A DNA stretch of 60,810 bases from Clostridia bacterium (GTDB lineage: Bacteria > Bacillota > Clostridia > Christensenellales > UBA1242). The translations under genes were made by a program, and so were the position numbers. Positions 21,790 to 31,587 of this stretch are shown here, one piece after another. The number at the start of each line of letters is the position of its first letter. The first letter of the stretch is position 1. The notes below the pieces were generated by a model, which did not search any database, was not told the origin of the DNA, and worked only from the letters and a program-made list of their open reading frames with translations. The stretch is from the NCBI GenBank assembly GCA_036654655.1, contig JAVVRP010000005.1:1-60810 (forward strand). The letters are read 5' to 3'.

Positions 21790-22176
21790 TTACTTCGCTG
21801 TGTCCAAAATTATTGTGATATGACTTGTTCTTTTTAACATTCTGTCGGACCTGCCTCTTGCTCTTATCATCATTCTTTTAAGAGTTGGGCCTGGACTAAC
21901 AAAAGTTTCTGCAACAATTAAGTCTGATCTGCTAATACCTTTGTTGTTTTCGGCATTTGCAATTGCTGATTTAAGAACTTTAAGGCTGGCTTCTGCTGCG
22001 CTTTCTGAACTAAATTCCAAAATTGAAAGTGCCTCTTCTGCTTTTTTGCCTCTTATGTTATCCAAAACAATTCTTACTTTACTTGGTGACATTCTTATAT
22101 ATTTTGCAATTGCTGTTGGGCGTGTGTCTTTTTGTTCAGCACGTTTTACTGCCTTTTCTCTAATTTTTTTTGCCAT
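21790..22176 (-). CDS. rplV: 50S ribosomal protein L22
   Basis: SPSKVR, LKSAIANAENN, KRTSHIT. Confidence 0.99.
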   Translation of the reverse strand: MAKKIREKAVKRAEQKDTRPTAIAKYIRMSPSKVRIVLDNIRGKKAEEALSILEFSSESAAEASLKVLKSAIANAENNKGISRSDLIVAETFVSPGPTLKRMMIRARGRSDRMLKRTSHITIILDTAK

Positions 22177-22188
22177 TTTTCTCCCCCA

Positions 22189-22476
22189 TCATTCTTTTTT
22201 GCCTTTGGTTGCTTTTGCCGCTGCATGATGACCTTTGAAAGTTCTTGTTGGGGCAAATTCGCCAAGTTTGTGTCCAATCATTTCTGATGTACAATAAACT
22301 GGTATGTGCTTTTTGCCATTGTGTACTGAAAAAGTTAAACCAACAAATGCAGGATATATAACTGATGACCTGCTCCAAGTTTTAATTGGACGTTTGCTTT
22401 CGGCTTTTTGCATTTCCTCAACTTTTTGTAAAAGACGAGGCAACACGTATGGCGATTTTTTAGTTGATCTGCTCAT
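22189..22476 (-). CDS. rpsS: 30S ribosomal protein S19
   Basis: [26 protein letters not shown]. Confidence 0.99.
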   Translation of the reverse strand: MSRSTKKSPYVLPRLLQKVEEMQKAESKRPIKTWSRSSVIYPAFVGLTFSVHNGKKHIPVYCTSEMIGHKLGEFAPTRTFKGHHAAAKATKGKKE

Positions 22477-22487
22477 TTGCTTGCTCC

Positions 22488-23315
22488 TTAGTTAACTCTC
22501 TTGACAATCAACTTGCCAGAGGCCTTTTTCTTATTTCTTGTTTTAAGACCAAGTGCTGGTTTTCCCCAAGGTGTGAGAGGTGATTTATGCCCAACTGGAC
22601 TTTTACCTTCACCACCACCGTGTGGATGGTCGTTAGGATTCATAACAACTCCACGAACGGTTGGACGTTTGCCCATGTGTCTTGTTCTGCCGGCTTTTCC
22701 AATTGTTACAAGTTCGTGATCAATGTTTCCAACTGTTCCCATTGTTGCTTTGCAAGTTAAAAGAACTTTTCTCATTTCTCCACTTGGCATACGAAGAGTT
22801 GCATAAACCCCTTCCTTTGCCATAAGTTGAACTTCTGCGCCTGCACTTCTTGCCATTTGTCCACCTTTGCCTGCTGTTAATTCTATGTTATGAACCATTG
22901 TTCCAACAGGGATTGATGCAAGTGGCAACGCATTTCCAGTTTTAATTTCAACATTTTCACCACTCATAACTGTGTCTCCAACCGAAAGCCCAATTGGTGA
23001 AAGAATATATCTTTTTTCACCATCAGCATAACACAAAAGTGCGATGTAGGCTGTACGATTTGGGTCATATTCAATTGCTGTTACTTTTGCTGGAATATTA
23101 TCTTTGTTACGTTTAAAATCAATAACTCTGTATTTTTTGCGATTTCCACCGCCGTTGTGTCTTACTGTTATTTTGCCTTGAACGTTCCTGCCTGCGGATT
23201 TTTTCTTTGCTTCCAAAAGATTTTTTTCTGGTTTCTTTTTTGTTAATTCTTCAAAAGTTGCAAAACTTTTAAATCTGCTTGCTGGTGTTGTTGGCCTAAG
23301 TTTTCTTATTGCCAT
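22488..23315 (-). CDS. rplB: 50S ribosomal protein L2
   Basis: [28 protein letters not shown]. Confidence 0.99.
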   Translation of the reverse strand: MAIRKLRPTTPASRFKSFATFEELTKKKPEKNLLEAKKKSAGRNVQGKITVRHNGGGNRKKYRVIDFKRNKDNIPAKVTAIEYDPNRTAYIALLCYADGEKRYILSPIGLSVGDTVMSGENVEIKTGNALPLASIPVGTMVHNIELTAGKGGQMARSAGAEVQLMAKEGVYATLRMPSGEMRKVLLTCKATMGTVGNIDHELVTIGKAGRTRHMGKRPTVRGVVMNPNDHPHGGGEGKSPVGHKSPLTPWGKPALGLKTRNKKKASGKLIVKRVN

Positions 23316-23326
23316 ATTACGCTCCT

Positions 23327-23629
23327 TTATGAAAGACTGTCAAAGAAGGCAATAGGTTTGCTATCTTTGGTAAGTGTGACAATTGCTTTTTTTCTGTCAC
23401 TGGTTTTGCCAACTGTTCTGCCTTTTTTTGTGTTTTGCGACTTTTCGTGCCCTTTTATTGTTACTGTGTTAACTTTTTCTACTTTAACACCAAAAATTTT
23501 TTCAACTGCATTTCGGATTTGAATTTTGTTTGCATCTAATTGCACAAGGAATGTGTACACCTTATTAGAAATTCCTTTATAACTTTTTTCCGAAAGAATT
23601 GGTTTTATTATAATATCATGTACGTTCAT
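23327..23629 (-). CDS. rplW: 50S ribosomal protein L23
   Basis: [32 protein letters not shown]; start moved to MNVHD. Confidence 0.98.
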   Translation of the reverse strand: MNVHDIIIKPILSEKSYKGISNKVYTFLVQLDANKIQIRNAVEKIFGVKVEKVNTVTIKGHEKSQNTKKGRTVGKTSDRKKAIVTLTKDSKPIAFFDSLS

Positions 23630-24252
23630 TCTGCCCAACCCTCCTCAATGATTTTCACTGCATTGGTTTCTAGCACTAACTTGCGGTTTTTAACAACATC
23701 AGAAACATTGAGTAAATTTGCGGTTGTAACTTGTAAGTTTTCTAGATTACTTGTTGCTCTGAGCGTTGCTTCTGTTGTTTTGTCCAAAACAACCAGCACA
23801 GTTTTGTCAAACTTAAAGGTATCCAAAAACTGTTGTGCAAACTTTGTTTTTCCTCTTGCAAATTTAAAACTGTCTATAACCGTGATGTCTTCTTGTGCAA
23901 GTTTTTGGCTAAGCGCACTTGCAAGTGCTGACTTTTTCATTTGCTTATTAATCTTTTTAGAAAAGTCTCTTGGCTTTGGAGCAAATACAATTCCGCCACC
24001 TCTGAATTGTGGACCTTTTGTTGATCCTTGACGTGCATTGCCGGTATGTTTTTGTGCAAATGGTTTTTTTGCATGCCCTCTTACTTCACTTCTGGTAAGT
24101 GTGCTTTTTGTTCCCTGACGCAAGTTTGCATCCTGAGCCACAACAACCTGATGAATAAGTGGCTGATTGTATTCCACGCCAAAAACTGCTTCTGCTAGTT
24201 CTTGATTGCCAACTACTTCTGCTGACATATTGTAAACTTTAACTTTTGGCAT
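23626..24252 (-). CDS. rplD: 50S ribosomal protein L4
   Basis: RQGTKST, QKHTGNARQGS, GGGIVFAPKPRD. Confidence 0.99.
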   Translation of the reverse strand: MPKVKVYNMSAEVVGNQELAEAVFGVEYNQPLIHQVVVAQDANLRQGTKSTLTRSEVRGHAKKPFAQKHTGNARQGSTKGPQFRGGGIVFAPKPRDFSKKINKQMKKSALASALSQKLAQEDITVIDSFKFARGKTKFAQQFLDTFKFDKTVLVVLDKTTEATLRATSNLENLQVTTANLLNVSDVVKNRKLVLETNAVKIIEEGWAE

Positions 24253-24253
24253 T

Positions 24254-24892
24254 TTACTTTCCTTTCTTTACTGCTTCTCTTATGGCGAGAATTGTTCCCC
24301 TTGGTCCTGGAACACAACCGCTTACCAACAAGATATTGCGTGCGTTATCGACTTTTACAATTTCCAAGTTTTGAATGGTTACATTTTCATGTCCATACTG
24401 ACCTGGCATATGTTTGTTTTTAAAAACTCGTGATGGCGTGCTGTTTGCACCTTGTGAACCAACTTGTCTGTGAACGGGACCTACACCATGAGTCATTTTC
24501 AGTCTGTGTGAATTCCATCTTTGAATAACGCCTGTAAATCCTCTGCCTCGCGTTAACCCAGAAACGTCAATCATATCTTTTTCGGAAAATATGTTACATT
24601 TAATTTCTCCGCCAACTTCGTATTCTTTTGCGTTTTCAAGTTTAAGTTCTCTTAAAATTTTGTGTGCGGAAACACCAGATTTTTTGAATGTTCCCATTTG
24701 AGCCTTATTAACTCTGTTTTCTTTTGTTTCGTTAAACGCCACAACCAATGAGTTGTATCCGTCTTTTTCTTGGGTTTTCTTTTGAACAATTTTGTTTGGG
24801 CCTGCCTCTACAACGGTTACTGGAATCACTAAACCATCGGAGGTGAACACTTGTGTCATGCCCAGTTTTTTGCCAATTATTGCTTTTTTCAC
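24254..24892 (-). CDS. rplC: 50S ribosomal protein L3
   Basis: GKKLGMTQVF, PVTVVEAGP, GRGFTG, VPGP; GTG start. Confidence 0.99.
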   Translation of the reverse strand: MKKAIIGKKLGMTQVFTSDGLVIPVTVVEAGPNKIVQKKTQEKDGYNSLVVAFNETKENRVNKAQMGTFKKSGVSAHKILRELKLENAKEYEVGGEIKCNIFSEKDMIDVSGLTRGRGFTGVIQRWNSHRLKMTHGVGPVHRQVGSQGANSTPSRVFKNKHMPGQYGHENVTIQNLEIVKVDNARNILLVSGCVPGPRGTILAIREAVKKGK

Positions 24893-24902
24893 CTTTTCCT
24901 CC

Positions 24903-25211
24903 TTATAGTTTAATGTTTATGTCCACACCTGCGGGTAAATCAAGTTTCATTAATGACTCGATTGCCTTTGGTGAGGTTGGATAAATGTCAATCATTCTCT
25001 TGTGAGTTCTGCACTCAAACTGCTCTCGGCTGTCTTTGTGTTTGTGTGGCGAACGTATAACCGTTACTACTTCTCTGTTAGTGGGAAGTGGAATTGGTCC
25101 AACAATTCTTGCACCGCTCTTGCTTGCAGTTTCGATTATTTTAACGCATGCTTGATCAACAAGTGCATGATCGAATGCTTTAAGCTTGATTCTGATTTTT
25201 TGATTTGCCAT
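24903..25211 (-). CDS. rpsJ: 30S ribosomal protein S10
   Basis: [38 protein letters not shown]; start moved to MANQK. Confidence 0.99.
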   Translation of the reverse strand: MANQKIRIKLKAFDHALVDQACVKIIETASKSGARIVGPIPLPTNREVVTVIRSPHKHKDSREQFECRTHKRMIDIYPTSPKAIESLMKLDLPAGVDINIKL

Positions 25212-25224
25212 TTTTACCTCCTGT

Positions 25225-25405
25225 ATTCTCTTTCCAACTGTTTCACGCCATAGCACACGTTGCCGTGTGTTCGTGCTGCTTTTTTAAAAATAAAAGCGTG
25301 ATTTTGTTGGTCGCCAGGCTTTTGCCTAACTTGTCCACATAAATTCTCTTGCTAGCGATTGCTTAGCCCGCAAGTAACCTTATGCTTCAACCCACATTAC
25401 GCAGC
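25225..25405 (-). promoter_or_regulatory. S10-operon 5' leader RNA (structured, probable autoregulatory element)
   Basis: About 190-nt leader, GC-richer than its surroundings, with TGAAGCATAAGGTT...AATTTATGTGGA pairing and hairpins TTGC..GCAA, AGGC-aaaa-GCCT, CACACG-gcaa-CGTGTG; resembles Firmicute S10 leaders. Confidence 0.65.
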
Positions 25406-25411
25406 ATGGAT

Positions 25412-25440
25412 ATTATACATAATCATAATATACATGTCAA
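25412..25440 (-). promoter_or_regulatory. sigma-A promoter of the S10-spc-alpha operon
   Basis: Perfect TTGACA-N17-TATAAT. Confidence 0.9.
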
Positions 25441-25500
25441 GGCTTTTTAAAAAGTTTATGTTAATTTTTTTTAATCTATTAATTAAAATTTGTTTACAAC

Positions 25501-25530
25501 AAAAAAAACGCTTAAATTAGCGTTTTTTTT
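25501..25530 (-). terminator. Terminator after the 25540-26208 gene
   Basis: AAAAAAAACGCT-taaatt-AGCGTTTTTTTT hairpin. Confidence 0.8.
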
Positions 25531-25539
25531 TGTTTTAGG

Positions 25540-26208
25540 TTAATTAAAATCAAAATTTAAAACATCTTCATCTGGCCTAATTTTAAACGTTGTGCTTAAC
25601 GTTGAATTTAATTTTTGTGTTAAGTAAATAATTCTGTCTTGTAATGAAAATTTTATGTCTTGATTTAAATTTTTGTCGGGATATGTAATTAATGAGATTA
25701 TATAGTCAAGTTCGGATAGTACTAAATTTAAATCATCGCATAAATCTTGCTTGATAGAATCTAGTTGTTTTTCATAACATCTTATTTCACGCTTTCCTGT
25801 TTTTGCTTTTGGGTCAAAATATTTTGTTACAAGTTCTTCCCATGATAAGCCTTTTGGATTAAATTTATATTCAAGCGTTTTCTTTTCTGCAATTTTTGGA
25901 TTATTTTCTACAATATATTCAGTAGTCCTTAAAATATTGTTGCAGTGCGCTAAATATTTCATTCTTTCAACAATATCATATTTGTATAACGCATTAATCT
26001 TGTTAATTTCTCTTTGTCTTGCTTTTTCCAAAGTTTTTGGATCGGCTATGTCCTGATTTGTTGGCGCTGGCAAATTATGCAAATCTCCGCGCAATACCTC
26101 ACATTCATGTCCATTTTTTTCTATAAGTTCTTGGGTACGCCTTTTTTCACGGCTTATTTCTTGTTCGCTTCCATAAAATTTGCGTAAGTTATAATACATA
26201 AATTTCAT
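25540..26208 (-). CDS. Hypothetical alpha-helical protein (222 aa)
   Basis: Open ORF with AGGGG RBS, its own promoter and terminator; no recognisable motif. Confidence 0.8.
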   Translation of the reverse strand: MKFMYYNLRKFYGSEQEISREKRRTQELIEKNGHECEVLRGDLHNLPAPTNQDIADPKTLEKARQREINKINALYKYDIVERMKYLAHCNNILRTTEYIVENNPKIAEKKTLEYKFNPKGLSWEELVTKYFDPKAKTGKREIRCYEKQLDSIKQDLCDDLNLVLSELDYIISLITYPDKNLNQDIKFSLQDRIIYLTQKLNSTLSTTFKIRPDEDVLNFDFN

Positions 26209-26231
26209 ATCTTTTCCCCTTTATTACAAGT

Positions 26232-26260
26232 ATAATATCACGATAATTATGCGTTGTCAA
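26232..26260 (-). promoter_or_regulatory. sigma-A promoter of the 222-aa orphan
   Basis: TTGACA-N17-TATTAT with TGn. Confidence 0.7.
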
Positions 26261-26373
26261 TACCAAAAATTAAATTAACTTTAACGAATAAATTAAATCT
26301 AATCTGTTAATAATTGTTTATACATTGTAATTGTTTTTAAAAAGATTTGTGAAACATAAAAGGATGTGAAACA

Positions 26374-26607
26374 GTGAAATTTGATACAAGCGCACTAGAA
26401 AATGTTAAGCAAAAAATTGCGGAACTTAAAGGTGCAAATGTTACTTTAACAATCCATCGTGGAAGAAAAAAATATGATAATTTTTGTGGGGTTGTTGATT
26501 GTGTTTATCCTAGCGTGTTTACAATAACAACTTATGAAAAAAAACAGCAACAAAGCCAAACTTTTTCGTACTTTGATGTACTATGTGGTGATGTGATTAT
26601 TGGATAA
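26374..26607 (+). CDS. veg: Veg family protein
   Basis: HRGRKK...GVVDCVYPSVFTI...TFSYFDVLCGDV matches the Veg pattern; GTG start. Confidence 0.92.
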   Translation: MKFDTSALENVKQKIAELKGANVTLTIHRGRKKYDNFCGVVDCVYPSVFTITTYEKKQQQSQTFSYFDVLCGDVIIG

Positions 26608-26622
26608 ACAAAATTTTAATTT

Positions 26623-27591
26623 TTACAACGCTAAATCATTTTTTAAAACTGCATCAGGAATTGGAGTGCTGTTTAAAACAAAGTTTTTTGGAACACTGCA
26701 ACAACCAACAACTTCCACTTTACATGTTACCGCGTTTAAAGAGTCCTTTTGACTTTTCGCTTCGGCACTGCTTATTTTGTCCATTTTTCCTATTTCTTCT
26801 GCTATAATTAATTTTGCATCCTTTAATGAAATCCCTGATAGAACCAATTCTGCCAGCCTAGAATGAACCTGTTTAAGCAAAGAATCCCCCGCTGTTTCAA
26901 ATGTGTACTTTGTTGCAAAAAGTTTTGAACCAATTGTTGCAACTTGTAAATAATTATTTTGTGAAATTGTTTTATCTTTATTTAAATTTGAACCACTGTA
27001 AAAATTTGTTACCGTTGCATCATTAACTGAATTAATAAAATTAGTTTTTTCTGTGTCTGTAAAATTTAAATTAGAGTCACAAATATATGCTCTGCATGGT
27101 TCCAAAATTTTTAGCATTTGCTCATAATTGCAAGTATCAACTACTTGAACATTAGAACTTATTATGCTGTTTATATTATTGCTTTTCATAACTTTTGCAT
27201 ATTCAACAGCAAAATTTGCCCATGCCCTGTCTTTTTCATCTTGTGTTTTGCCAGCCTCAATTTTTAAAATATGTTCTTTTAAATTTTGAGTGTCACCCTT
27301 TAAAGAGATAACAATATTACTTGTTTTTGTTTGCTTGCTAACAGTTGCATAAACTTTGGAGGCCATTGTGTCAATTAAATCAATTTCGCACCCACTGTAC
27401 GGGATTAAATGATTTTCTAAACCATACGCATTAACAGCATTTAATGTTGTGTTGTTAAGTTCAACCAATTTCTCGTCTTTTTTTTCGGGGACTGGCTGTT
27501 TGTTATCTTTAAAAAAAAATAAATAAGTTGCTCCTCCTGCAACTATTGCTGCGGCAGTTACAAATGAAATTATTGCTTTTTTCTTTAACAT
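26623..27591 (-). CDS. Hypothetical exported/N-terminally anchored protein
   Basis: MLKKK plus a hydrophobic helix, then a soluble domain; AGGAG RBS. Confidence 0.8.
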   Translation of the reverse strand: MLKKKAIISFVTAAAIVAGGATYLFFFKDNKQPVPEKKDEKLVELNNTTLNAVNAYGLENHLIPYSGCEIDLIDTMASKVYATVSKQTKTSNIVISLKGDTQNLKEHILKIEAGKTQDEKDRAWANFAVEYAKVMKSNNINSIISSNVQVVDTCNYEQMLKILEPCRAYICDSNLNFTDTEKTNFINSVNDATVTNFYSGSNLNKDKTISQNNYLQVATIGSKLFATKYTFETAGDSLLKQVHSRLAELVLSGISLKDAKLIIAEEIGKMDKISSAEAKSQKDSLNAVTCKVEVVGCCSVPKNFVLNSTPIPDAVLKNDLAL

Positions 27592-27628
27592 ATATTTTCT
27601 CCTTTCAAAATTTTATTTAACAACTTGC

Positions 27629-28933
27629 TCACAGTTTCCAAATAGCATAAAGAGTTATGGTTTTGATATCTTTTGTAAACTTTAATAAATTGGTTGGAAG
27701 GTACTTTACTTCACCTTCTGGCAAATCTGAAAACCCTGCAAAAGTTAAGGTTGAATTATCGGGATTTGCATTAAGTGCAGGACATCTTGAACCCAAAACA
27801 GAAGAAACAATTCCGCTAACCTTTTTTATAAGTTTAGATTCTGTTGCTCCACCAAAACTATGCCCGTTGTAATTTACAATAATATCACCTTGATAATCAT
27901 TTTCAACAGCATTGACTGTTACAACAAAATTTGTTGCACTGTTTGCTATTGCATCTGTTAATTCAAATGTTGTTGTGCTTGTTAATATATCAATTAATTC
28001 TCCACCGGACAAAACGGTCCATTTTGACAAATATTTTGTATCGTCTGATGGCGTGTATTTTGGAATATTAACAGTTTTGTTTTTTGTTAGCATAACTTCG
28101 TCACTTACACTTGCAAATTTAATTATGTAAGCCTGCGCATATACTGGAATAATTGTTATATCCCTAGTTCCTGTAAAAGTTGGGTTTGTTTTAAGAATTG
28201 CCAACTCGCCCTCTATTTGCCAATCACCAGTAAACGCTTTGTTTCCATTAATTTTTTGTGAAGTTATAGGGAAGTTATACTCCTGACCTTCAACAACTTT
28301 AAGTTTTGGAGATAACTCTTCTAACAAAGAACTTTCTGTTTTATATGTTTTAAATGTTAAACTATATTCTTCCAAATAAACAGGTTTAACTGTGATGTCA
28401 TTAAGTTCAGTAAAAATATCTTCCACTTTAAACTTTTTACCAAGAGTTACCTCGGCATAACAACCCATAAATCTTTTGTCTCTTGTGACTGCATCTCCAA
28501 GTTTGTTTTCAAGTGTAGGAAGAATTTCTTCTGTAATTTTTGAATTGTAAGAAATATTTTTAACAACATTTCCGCCTTCATTTTCAACTGTTATTTTAAA
28601 TGTTTTTGCAGTAAAAATTGCTGTGTACGTGCTGTTGTCTTTAACTATCACTGTTAGTGAGTGATTTTCACCAGTTTGACCATCAACTTTAACTCCATTT
28701 TTTTGCCAAAAATTAAAATCATAGCCTGTGTTTGGCTTGGCTATAAATGTTATGGTTTGATTTTTTTTATACAATTGAGTTTCGTTTTGAACTTGCCTAT
28801 CTTCAATTGTTACAATTCCATTTTCGGCAGAAATTGCAACTGAAATATCTTTGTTATAAAATACAAAATAATAAGTGGTGCCAATTAACGCTATAATAAG
28901 CAGTGATAAAACAATATTTCTAAATAATCTCAC
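27629..28933 (-). CDS. Surface protein with InlB B-repeat/Listeria-Bacteroides-like repeats
   Basis: N-terminal TM; AKPNTGYDFNFW..YTAIF, FAGFS..TLYAIWK repeat signatures; GGAGG RBS, GTG start. Confidence 0.8.
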   Translation of the reverse strand: MRLFRNIVLSLLIIALIGTTYYFVFYNKDISVAISAENGIVTIEDRQVQNETQLYKKNQTITFIAKPNTGYDFNFWQKNGVKVDGQTGENHSLTVIVKDNSTYTAIFTAKTFKITVENEGGNVVKNISYNSKITEEILPTLENKLGDAVTRDKRFMGCYAEVTLGKKFKVEDIFTELNDITVKPVYLEEYSLTFKTYKTESSLLEELSPKLKVVEGQEYNFPITSQKINGNKAFTGDWQIEGELAILKTNPTFTGTRDITIIPVYAQAYIIKFASVSDEVMLTKNKTVNIPKYTPSDDTKYLSKWTVLSGGELIDILTSTTTFELTDAIANSATNFVVTVNAVENDYQGDIIVNYNGHSFGGATESKLIKKVSGIVSSVLGSRCPALNANPDNSTLTFAGFSDLPEGEVKYLPTNLLKFTKDIKTITLYAIWKL

Positions 28934-28954
28934 TTAGACCTCCTATTTTTAAAT

Positions 28955-28983
28955 ATAATATCACATTGCAACATTTTTTGCAA
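28955..28983 (-). promoter_or_regulatory. sigma-A promoter of the surface-protein pair
   Basis: TTGCAA-N17-TATTAT with TGn. Confidence 0.6.
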
Positions 28984-29066
28984 TATGATATTTAATATAA
29001 TTTGCATTTATAACAATATTATCCAACTTAAAGTTTTTGCTTCAATTTGTATTGCTTTACACCTAA

Positions 29067-29750
29067 TTATTTTGTATTAAGTTTTATGCTTGGTCCCATT
29101 GTTGTGGCAATGTAAGCATTGGAAATGTACAAGCCTTTTGCAGATGCTGGTTTTGCTTTTAAAATTGCGGAATAAATTACATCAAAATTTTCCACAAGTT
29201 TTTCTTTTCCAAAACTGCATTTTCCAAGAACAACGTGAATATTGTTTGTTTTATCCAAACGATATTCCACTTTTCCGGCTTTAACATCGTTAATTGCTTT
29301 TTTAACATCTTGTGTTACTGTTCCGCTTTTTGGGTTTGGCATAAGACCTTTTGGACCTAAAATCTTTGCAATTCTGCCAACCAATCCCATCATATCTGGG
29401 GTTGTTATACACACGTCAAATCCAAGCCAATTTTCGTTTTGGATTTTTGCAATCATGTCCTCAGCGCCAACAAAATCTGCACCCGCTTTTTCTGCATCGT
29501 TTGCCTTGTCACCTTTTGCAATAACAAGAACTTTAACAACTTTTCCTGTTCCATGTGGAAGAACCACAACTCCACGAACTTGCTGATCGGCATTACGGCC
29601 ATCAACGCCAAGTTTTAAATGGAGTTCAAGTGTTTCGTCAAACTTTGCTTTTCCTGTTTGAAGTGCAAGTTCTATTGCATTGCTAAAATCATATGCCTTT
29701 GAATTATCAACAAGTTTTTTTGCTTCTGTATATCTTTTTCCTGCGCTCAT
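29067..29750 (-). CDS. rplA: 50S ribosomal protein L1
   Basis: [40 protein letters not shown]; start moved to MSAGKR. Confidence 0.99.
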   Translation of the reverse strand: MSAGKRYTEAKKLVDNSKAYDFSNAIELALQTGKAKFDETLELHLKLGVDGRNADQQVRGVVVLPHGTGKVVKVLVIAKGDKANDAEKAGADFVGAEDMIAKIQNENWLGFDVCITTPDMMGLVGRIAKILGPKGLMPNPKSGTVTQDVKKAINDVKAGKVEYRLDKTNNIHVVLGKCSFGKEKLVENFDVIYSAILKAKPASAKGLYISNAYIATTMGPSIKLNTK

Positions 29751-29751
29751 T

Positions 29752-30180
29752 TTACTTCCCCTCAACGGTAATGCCCATGCTTTTGGCCGTTCCAATAACC
29801 ATTGATTTTGCTGTTTCTAAACTGCTTGCAGTTAAATCTGGCATTTTGGTTTTTGCAATTTCCTCAACCTGTGACATTGTAAGTTTGCCGACTTTTGTTT
29901 TGTTTGGCTTATCACTTCCCGATTCCAATCCTAATGTTTTTTTAATTAAAACAGACACGGGCGGTGTTTTAAGAATGAACTCAAAACTGCGGTCAGCATA
30001 AATTGTGATGACAACAGGAATTACAAGCCCAACTTCTTTTGCTGTTTGTTCATTAAATTGTTTGGTGAACATGCCAATGTTTATACCATGAGGTCCAAGC
30101 GTTGAACCAACTGGTGGTCCCGGTGTGGCTTTTCCTGCTGGTAATTGCAGTTTTACAACTGCTGAAATCTTTTTAGCCAT
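29752..30180 (-). CDS. rplK: 50S ribosomal protein L11
   Basis: [35 protein letters not shown]. Confidence 0.99.
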   Translation of the reverse strand: MAKKISAVVKLQLPAGKATPGPPVGSTLGPHGINIGMFTKQFNEQTAKEVGLVIPVVITIYADRSFEFILKTPPVSVLIKKTLGLESGSDKPNKTKVGKLTMSQVEEIAKTKMPDLTASSLETAKSMVIGTAKSMGITVEGK

Positions 30181-30194
30181 TTTATCCTCCTTGT

Positions 30195-30224
30195 GTGGTG
30201 CTTATGAACTTTTGTTCTCCCACT
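30195..30224 (-). promoter_or_regulatory. L1-binding leader of rplK-rplA
   Basis: GTGGGA-GAAC-aaaa-GTTC-ataagc-ACCAC immediately 5' of the rplK RBS; matches the known L1 autoregulatory site pattern GGGAG...ACCAC. Confidence 0.8.
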
Positions 30225-30294
30225 ATATTATACGTTCACGATGGCTTCGTGTTTGTACCATTATTATGCACTCCATTTTGTGCGGTGGTTATAT

Positions 30295-30951
30295 TTACTT
30301 TATTTTATGAAGTGATGAAAAGTCCAAATCCACATTTGTGTCTCTGCCAAACATTTCAACACTAACCTTTGCGGTGTGCGCCGTTGTGTCAAGTGCCACA
30401 ATTTTGCCTATCATTGTGTCCAAAGGTCCGCCAATAATTTCCACTTTATCGCCAATTTCAAGAACAACATCCTGAACAACTCTTTCCAGCCTCATTTTAA
30501 CAACTTCATCATCTGTTAAAGAAAGTGGACGCCCGTTTGGCCCAACAAAACCTGTTATGCTACGTATTCTAACAACATGATGCCACAGGTCATCTCCATA
30601 AATCATTTTAACAAGCATGTAAGTTGGAATAAGTTTATGCTGAACAAGTTTTTTCTTTCCGTTTTTTTCTTCAATAACATCTTCCATAGGGATTAATATA
30701 TCAAAAATTCTGTTTCCTAAATTATATTTTTCTATAACAGTTTCAAGATCTTTTTTTGCAACATTTTCGTATCCTGAATATGTGTGAACAACATACCATT
30801 TTGCTTTTTTTCTTGCTTCTTCTGTGATTTCAGCGTCAATTTTTGCCTGCTCATCTGATTTTGTTTGTTGCAAACAATTTGTGTTTTCACTTAATACTTC
30901 ATTTTGTGAAACATTTTGTTGTTGGTTTAAAAGTTCTTCTTGATTATCCAC
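30295..30951 (-). CDS. nusG: Transcription termination/antitermination factor NusG (N-terminal extension)
   Basis: KWYVVHTYSGYE, ITGFVG, KOW GD.VEIIGGP, VEMFGR; GTG start. Confidence 0.99.
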   Translation of the reverse strand: MDNQEELLNQQQNVSQNEVLSENTNCLQQTKSDEQAKIDAEITEEARKKAKWYVVHTYSGYENVAKKDLETVIEKYNLGNRIFDILIPMEDVIEEKNGKKKLVQHKLIPTYMLVKMIYGDDLWHHVVRIRSITGFVGPNGRPLSLTDDEVVKMRLERVVQDVVLEIGDKVEIIGGPLDTMIGKIVALDTTAHTAKVSVEMFGRDTNVDLDFSSLHKIK

Positions 30952-30962
30952 GTTGTTCTCCT

Positions 30963-31235
30963 TTAAATTGCCGAAACAAACCAGTTAAAAAGCAAACTCA
31001 AAAGCCGATCCATTCCAAACAAAACAACAGTAAAAACAGCAACAACAACTAAAACAATGCCTGTTGTTTTTAAAGTTTTTCCAAACGTTGGCCAAGAAAC
31101 CTTTTTAAGTTCGCTTCCTGTTTCTTTTAACATTTTACCCACTTTACTTGGCTTTTTTTCTTTTTTTGGCTTTTGATTATTTTGCTTTTCAAGTTTTGCA
31201 ACTTGATTTTCAGCAGAAAATTCTGATTGTGCCAT
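30963..31235 (-). CDS. secE: Preprotein translocase SecE
   Basis: ELKKVSWPT motif followed by one TM; upstream of nusG. Confidence 0.98.
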   Translation of the reverse strand: MAQSEFSAENQVAKLEKQNNQKPKKEKKPSKVGKMLKETGSELKKVSWPTFGKTLKTTGIVLVVVAVFTVVLFGMDRLLSLLFNWFVSAI

Positions 31236-31244
31236 TTGATCTCC

Positions 31245-31406
31245 TCACTTTGTTTCTTTGTGAACAGTATGTTTGTTACATCTTGGACAAAATTTATCCA
31301 ACTCAATACGGTCTGGTGTTGTTTTTTTGTTTTTAGATGATGAATAATTACGTTCTTTGCACTCTGTGCAAGCAAGAATCACTTGCGCCCTGCTTGGATT
31401 TGCCAT
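31245..31406 (-). CDS. rpmG: 50S ribosomal protein L33 (Zn-type; not in ORF track)
   Basis: Manual translation [53 protein letters not shown]; GGGGAG RBS. Confidence 0.97.
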   Translation of the reverse strand: MANPSRAQVILACTECKERNYSSSKNKKTTPDRIELDKFCPRCNKHTVHKETK

Positions 31407-31451
31407 TGTTTTCTCCCCAAAAAATAACCGCTCATGCGGTGATTGTGGCTT

Positions 31452-31480
31452 AGTATAACATATAGAATTTGCCTTGTCAA
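31452..31480 (-). promoter_or_regulatory. sigma-A promoter of rpmG-secE-nusG
   Basis: TTGACA-N17-TATACT with TGn. Confidence 0.85.
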
Positions 31481-31587
31481 TTATATTTCCATAAATTTTT
31501 ACCTACCTATTATTTTGCAAAAACATTTTTAAAATTATTTAAAATGTGTTATATTAACATCAACATGTTTAATTTTAGGAGTTTTGA

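Noticed and set aside
11885-25211. Cys-codon reassignment suggested by Cys at normally Ala/Ser/Val/Met sites (S3 FRRCMK, S10 EQFECR, S11, S19)
   Set aside because: Both TGT and TGC also encode conserved Zn-ligand Cys (L36, S4, L33), and the replaced residues differ between sites; this fits the Cys enrichment common in anaerobes.
31127-31375. 82-aa ORF upstream of secE in the ORF track
   Set aside because: Alternate-frame shadow overlapping the real rpmG (31245-31406) and secE.
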